In this document: piece by piece, positions 60,869-64,000 of the stretch | How positions within the stretch are numbered: position 1 is the first letter of the stretch | How the letters are laid out: every line of letters starts with the position of its first letter | NCBI GenBank assembly: GCA_024276015.1 | Contig: JAJRXZ010000004.1 | Coordinates: 20,216 to 84,215, forward strand | Direction of reading: 5' to 3' | Source of the DNA: Spirochaetota bacterium | GTDB taxonomy: Bacteria > Spirochaetota > UBA4802 > UBA5550 | DNA: 64,000 bases | Made by a program: the position numbers and the translations under genes | Notes under the pieces: model-generated | What the model saw: only the letters and a program-made list of their open reading frames with translations | Database searches by the model: none | What the model was told of the DNA's origin: nothing

Positions 60869-62866
60869 ATGTTCGAAAAAATATTAATTGCCAACCGAGG
60901 TGAAATCGCCTGCCGCATTATTCGTACTGCAAAAAGACTTGGAATCGGAACAGTTGCCGTTTATTCCGATGCTGATGCCTCTTCAATGCATGCTGAGCTT
61001 GCTGACGAGGCCTGCCATATAGGACCTTCTCCGGCAAGGGAAAGTTATCTCAGAGCCGATCTTCTTATAGAGGCTGCCCTGAAGAGCGGAGCAGAAGCAG
61101 TGCATCCCGGATACGGTTTTATGTCGGAAAATGCAGACTTTGCAGAGGCCTGCAAAAAAGCCGGGCTTATCTTTATAGGCCCTCCGGCACAGGCTATTCG
61201 CGCAATGGGATCCAAGAGCGCTGCAAAAAAAATAATGGAGAAAGCGGGCGTTCCCCTGATCCCGGGCTATCACGGCGAGAACCAAGAGCCGGAACTTCTT
61301 CGGAAAGAAGCGGAAAAAACAGGTTATCCTTTGATGATCAAAGCCGTAATGGGCGGCGGCGGTAAGGGAATGCGCATTGTAATGAAAGAAAATGATTTCA
61401 GCAGCGCTCTCACTGCTGCGAGACGAGAGGCAATGGCTTCGTTTGGTGACGAGAGTGTACTCCTCGAAAAATATATATCCGGACCGCGTCACGTTGAAAT
61501 TCAGGTTTTTGCGGATAATCACGGTAATGCAGTCTATCTTTTTGAGAGAGATTGTTCCATCCAGCGCCGTCATCAGAAGATCATTGAGGAGGCTCCGGCG
61601 CCCGGAATGACTCAAAAGTTGAGGGAAAAGATGGGGGCTGCCGCGGTTGATGCTGCAAAGGCAAGAGCTTATACAGGAGCCGGTACAGTGGAGTTTCTTC
61701 TTGATGAAAGCGGCAATTTCTATTTTATGGAAATGAACACGCGACTTCAGGTGGAACACCCCGTTACTGAAATGATCACTTCAGTTGACCTTGTAGAGTG
61801 GCAATTGCGTGTGGCTTGCGGTGAGAAGCTTCCCTGCGGGCAGGAAGACCTGCATATCAGCGGCCATGCTGTTGAGGCGCGAATTTACGCAGAGGACCCT
61901 TCGAATAGTTTTCTTCCTTCAACAGGAAAACTCTTTTATCTCAGTACACCGAAGGAAAGCGGGAATGTTCGTATTGATACTGGAATCAGAGAAGGGGATG
62001 AAGTGAGCATGGAGTATGACCCCATGATCGCAAAACTTATAGTATGGGATGTTGACAGAAGTTCCGCTGTTCGGAGGCTTCACAGAGCTCTCGGGGAATA
62101 TCATGCGGCCGGAGTAACAACCAACGTAGAATTCCTGCGGAGAGTAACGGAACATCCGCTTTTCAGTTCCGGCGGTTATGATACCGGTTTTATTGAACAG
62201 CATGAATCTGAACTTTTTCCTGCGCGGCAGAAAGCTCCGGATCGGATTTTAGCTCTTGCCGCATTGTATATTATGCTGAGCATAGCGCCGAATAGAGAGG
62301 ACTCCGATAATTCCGGCGATCCCTATTCCCCGTGGAATATGACCCACGGGTGGAGGTTGAACTGCCGGAGCTTTCACGAGATATCTTTTATTGACGGTGA
62401 TTCCGATGTTACTGTAAAAGTTCATTACAGGGAGAAGGGATATCAACTGGAACTGCCGTCAGGAGAAATGGCGGTATGGGGACGGCTGGATGGCGAAGGT
62501 ATTGTCAATGCCGATCTCGGAGGGGCATTGACAAAAGCCAGTGTTATCCGAAACGGAGCTGAGATCATATTGATGACATTGGGGGCGAGATATCGTCTTA
62601 TTCATACAGATCCCTTTGCGCAGTTTGAAGAGCAGGACGATACCGGCGGCAGTCTGACGGCTCCCATGCCCGGGAGGATTATTGAAGTTATGGTTAAGGA
62701 AGGAGACGCAGTAAAAAGAGGAGACTCCTTATTGACTATGGAAGCTATGAAAATGGAACATACAATAAAAGCCCCCGGTGACGGGAAAGTGGTGGAACTG
62801 AAATACGCCGTTGGCGATCAGGTAAACGAAGGAGAAAAACTTCTGATATTTGAGGTTAATGAATAA
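60869..62866 (+). CDS. Methylcrotonyl-CoA carboxylase alpha subunit (biotin carboxylase + biotinyl carrier domain)
   Basis: MFEKILIANRGEIACRI… is the biotin carboxylase N-terminus. C-terminal EAMKME biotinylation motif. AGAGGA RBS. Confidence 0.88.
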   Translation: MFEKILIANRGEIACRIIRTAKRLGIGTVAVYSDADASSMHAELADEACHIGPSPARESYLRADLLIEAALKSGAEAVHPGYGFMSENADFAEACKKAGLIFIGPPAQAIRAMGSKSAAKKIMEKAGVPLIPGYHGENQEPELLRKEAEKTGYPLMIKAVMGGGGKGMRIVMKENDFSSALTAARREAMASFGDESVLLEKYISGPRHVEIQVFADNHGNAVYLFERDCSIQRRHQKIIEEAPAPGMTQKLREKMGAAAVDAAKARAYTGAGTVEFLLDESGNFYFMEMNTRLQVEHPVTEMITSVDLVEWQLRVACGEKLPCGQEDLHISGHAVEARIYAEDPSNSFLPSTGKLFYLSTPKESGNVRIDTGIREGDEVSMEYDPMIAKLIVWDVDRSSAVRRLHRALGEYHAAGVTTNVEFLRRVTEHPLFSSGGYDTGFIEQHESELFPARQKAPDRILALAALYIMLSIAPNREDSDNSGDPYSPWNMTHGWRLNCRSFHEISFIDGDSDVTVKVHYREKGYQLELPSGEMAVWGRLDGEGIVNADLGGALTKASVIRNGAEIILMTLGARYRLIHTDPFAQFEEQDDTGGSLTAPMPGRIIEVMVKEGDAVKRGDSLLTMEAMKMEHTIKAPGDGKVVELKYAVGDQVNEGEKLLIFEVNE

Positions 62867-62898
62867 ACCGGTTTTACCGGTTTATTCATTAATAGGTT

Positions 62899-63894
62899 TT
62901 ATTTATTAAGGATCCCCTTTTCTTTGTCGTATTCTATACCTTTATGGGGCACGGGGCCTGCATTGATAAAATTTGACCTGAGCTGCCGTCCCAGAATTTC
63001 TTCGGATTTTTTCCCCAGAGCGATCATCTTGTCAATATCAATACCTGTGGAAACACCCATCTCTTCAAACATCCCAACGAGATCTTCGGTACAGGTATTG
63101 CCGGCGTACCCTCGGTGATAATCTGCCGCGCCTGTTTTTGGCTGGCCTCCGATTGCTCCGAGAGAAGAATCGAAGTGTATAAATCCGTATGTAAGGGCGG
63201 TTAAGGAGTTTGCCACTCCCCAGCCGCGCGTATCGTGAAAGTGAACTACAACCTCTTCGGTTGTAAATCCCTCGGACAGGACATATTCGTAAAATCTGCT
63301 TACCTGTACCGGATTTGACGAGCCCGTAGTGTCTCCGAATCCTATGATAGTAGCGCCGGCATTTTTCCACCATTTGCCCAGGGCAATTGCGTCTTCGGGA
63401 GCAACGTCTCCTTTAATGGGGCAGCCGAAAGATGTGAGAGCCCATCCGAAAACTTTATGGCCCGAATCAAGGGCCAGGCGGATCATCTTTTCCGCGAGGC
63501 GTTTGTTTTCATCGTGGTTCATTCCCACATTGGCCAGGTTATGAGCTTCGCTTGTGGAAATAACGAGGACGATCTCGTCCACTCCGAAGCCCTCTTTCTT
63601 TGATGCAATTGCTCTTTCAACAGCTTTAACTGTGGTGCAGATGCCTCTGTAGTCTACATTATCCCTGCGGGGGATCCTCCTCAGCAATTCTTCCGCATCG
63701 GCAAACTGAGGGAGGTATTTAGGATGGGCAAAACTTGTAGCTTCAATTTTTGTAAAACCTGCTTCCACCATTCCTGTGATCATCTCAACCTTATGTTCAA
63801 GAGAAACAACCTTTGCTTCATTCTGAAGTCCGTCGCGGGCCCAGCATTCGCCCATGACTATTTTTTTTGGGAAGTTTATTTGATGTAATTTCAT
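62899..63894 (-). CDS. Hydroxymethylglutaryl-CoA lyase
   Basis: HMGL-like TIM barrel (…ECWARDGLQNE…). Convergent with the MCC-alpha gene. Confidence 0.82.
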   Translation of the reverse strand: MKLHQINFPKKIVMGECWARDGLQNEAKVVSLEHKVEMITGMVEAGFTKIEATSFAHPKYLPQFADAEELLRRIPRRDNVDYRGICTTVKAVERAIASKKEGFGVDEIVLVISTSEAHNLANVGMNHDENKRLAEKMIRLALDSGHKVFGWALTSFGCPIKGDVAPEDAIALGKWWKNAGATIIGFGDTTGSSNPVQVSRFYEYVLSEGFTTEEVVVHFHDTRGWGVANSLTALTYGFIHFDSSLGAIGGQPKTGAADYHRGYAGNTCTEDLVGMFEEMGVSTGIDIDKMIALGKKSEEILGRQLRSNFINAGPVPHKGIEYDKEKGILNK

Positions 63895-64000
63895 AGTAAC
63901 TTTTTATTGATCCTGCTTAGTATTTTTCTTAATTATTAAGATAATTGCTTAGTACAAAGAAACGTTTTGCTCTGTAAATAAGCAATTCACCATGAGCCTG

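Overview
AT-rich bacterial chromosomal window. Most genes have AGGAG-type Shine-Dalgarno sites. Gene content suggests an anaerobic, fermentative lifestyle. Largely housekeeping and metabolic; I found no rRNA, tRNA, CRISPR array, IS element or prophage genes.

Features in order along the window:
- moaC 3' end.
- CIRCE-controlled groES-groEL with a terminator.
- A five-gene plus-strand cluster that opens with a partner-switching-like pair (STAS-like/GHKL ATPase, then DUF4325-wHTH).
- GNAT acetyltransferase and a SPOR-domain protein.
- rex-serC-serA on the minus strand, with two Rex boxes in the divergent intergenic region.
- A DUF1015 gene.
- An archaeal-type split glutamate synthase (GATase / Fe-S+FMN / GXGXG fused to a GltD-like oxidoreductase).
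- nadE, a pseudouridine synthase, a DUF362 Fe-S protein, a GGDEF cyclase, flavodoxin.
- A cobalamin-riboswitch-controlled cobU-cobS-cobC-cobT-cobQ-cbiB-cobD nucleotide-loop/salvage operon.
- A secreted multiheme c-type cytochrome with Geobacter-type CX4CH...CXXCH repeats, fused to a YVTN beta-propeller.
- VWA protein, MATE transporter, two J-domain proteins.
- A hybrid REC-GAF-PAS-HK-REC kinase followed by MCP-cheW.
- An MBL-fold phosphodiesterase-like protein fused to two cNMP-binding domains.
- PPi/ATP phosphofructokinase.
- A NarL-type two-component system heading an operon of ADP-forming acetyl-CoA synthetase, a Pta-N-terminal-like protein and an acyl-CoA dehydrogenase.
- A leucine-catabolic cluster (methylcrotonyl-CoA carboxylase beta and alpha, enoyl-CoA hydratase, HMG-CoA lyase).

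Most notable observations:
1. A conserved ~90-110 nt two-hairpin element occurs four times, plus one truncated copy, always in the 5' leader of plus-strand genes. I could not assign it to any known class.
2. The ADP-forming acetyl-CoA synthetase gene is otherwise intact but carries two in-frame TAA codons with nearly identical downstream context.
3. A textbook cobalamin riboswitch with an attenuator.
4. A 14-bp perfect inverted repeat in front of the leucine-catabolic operon.
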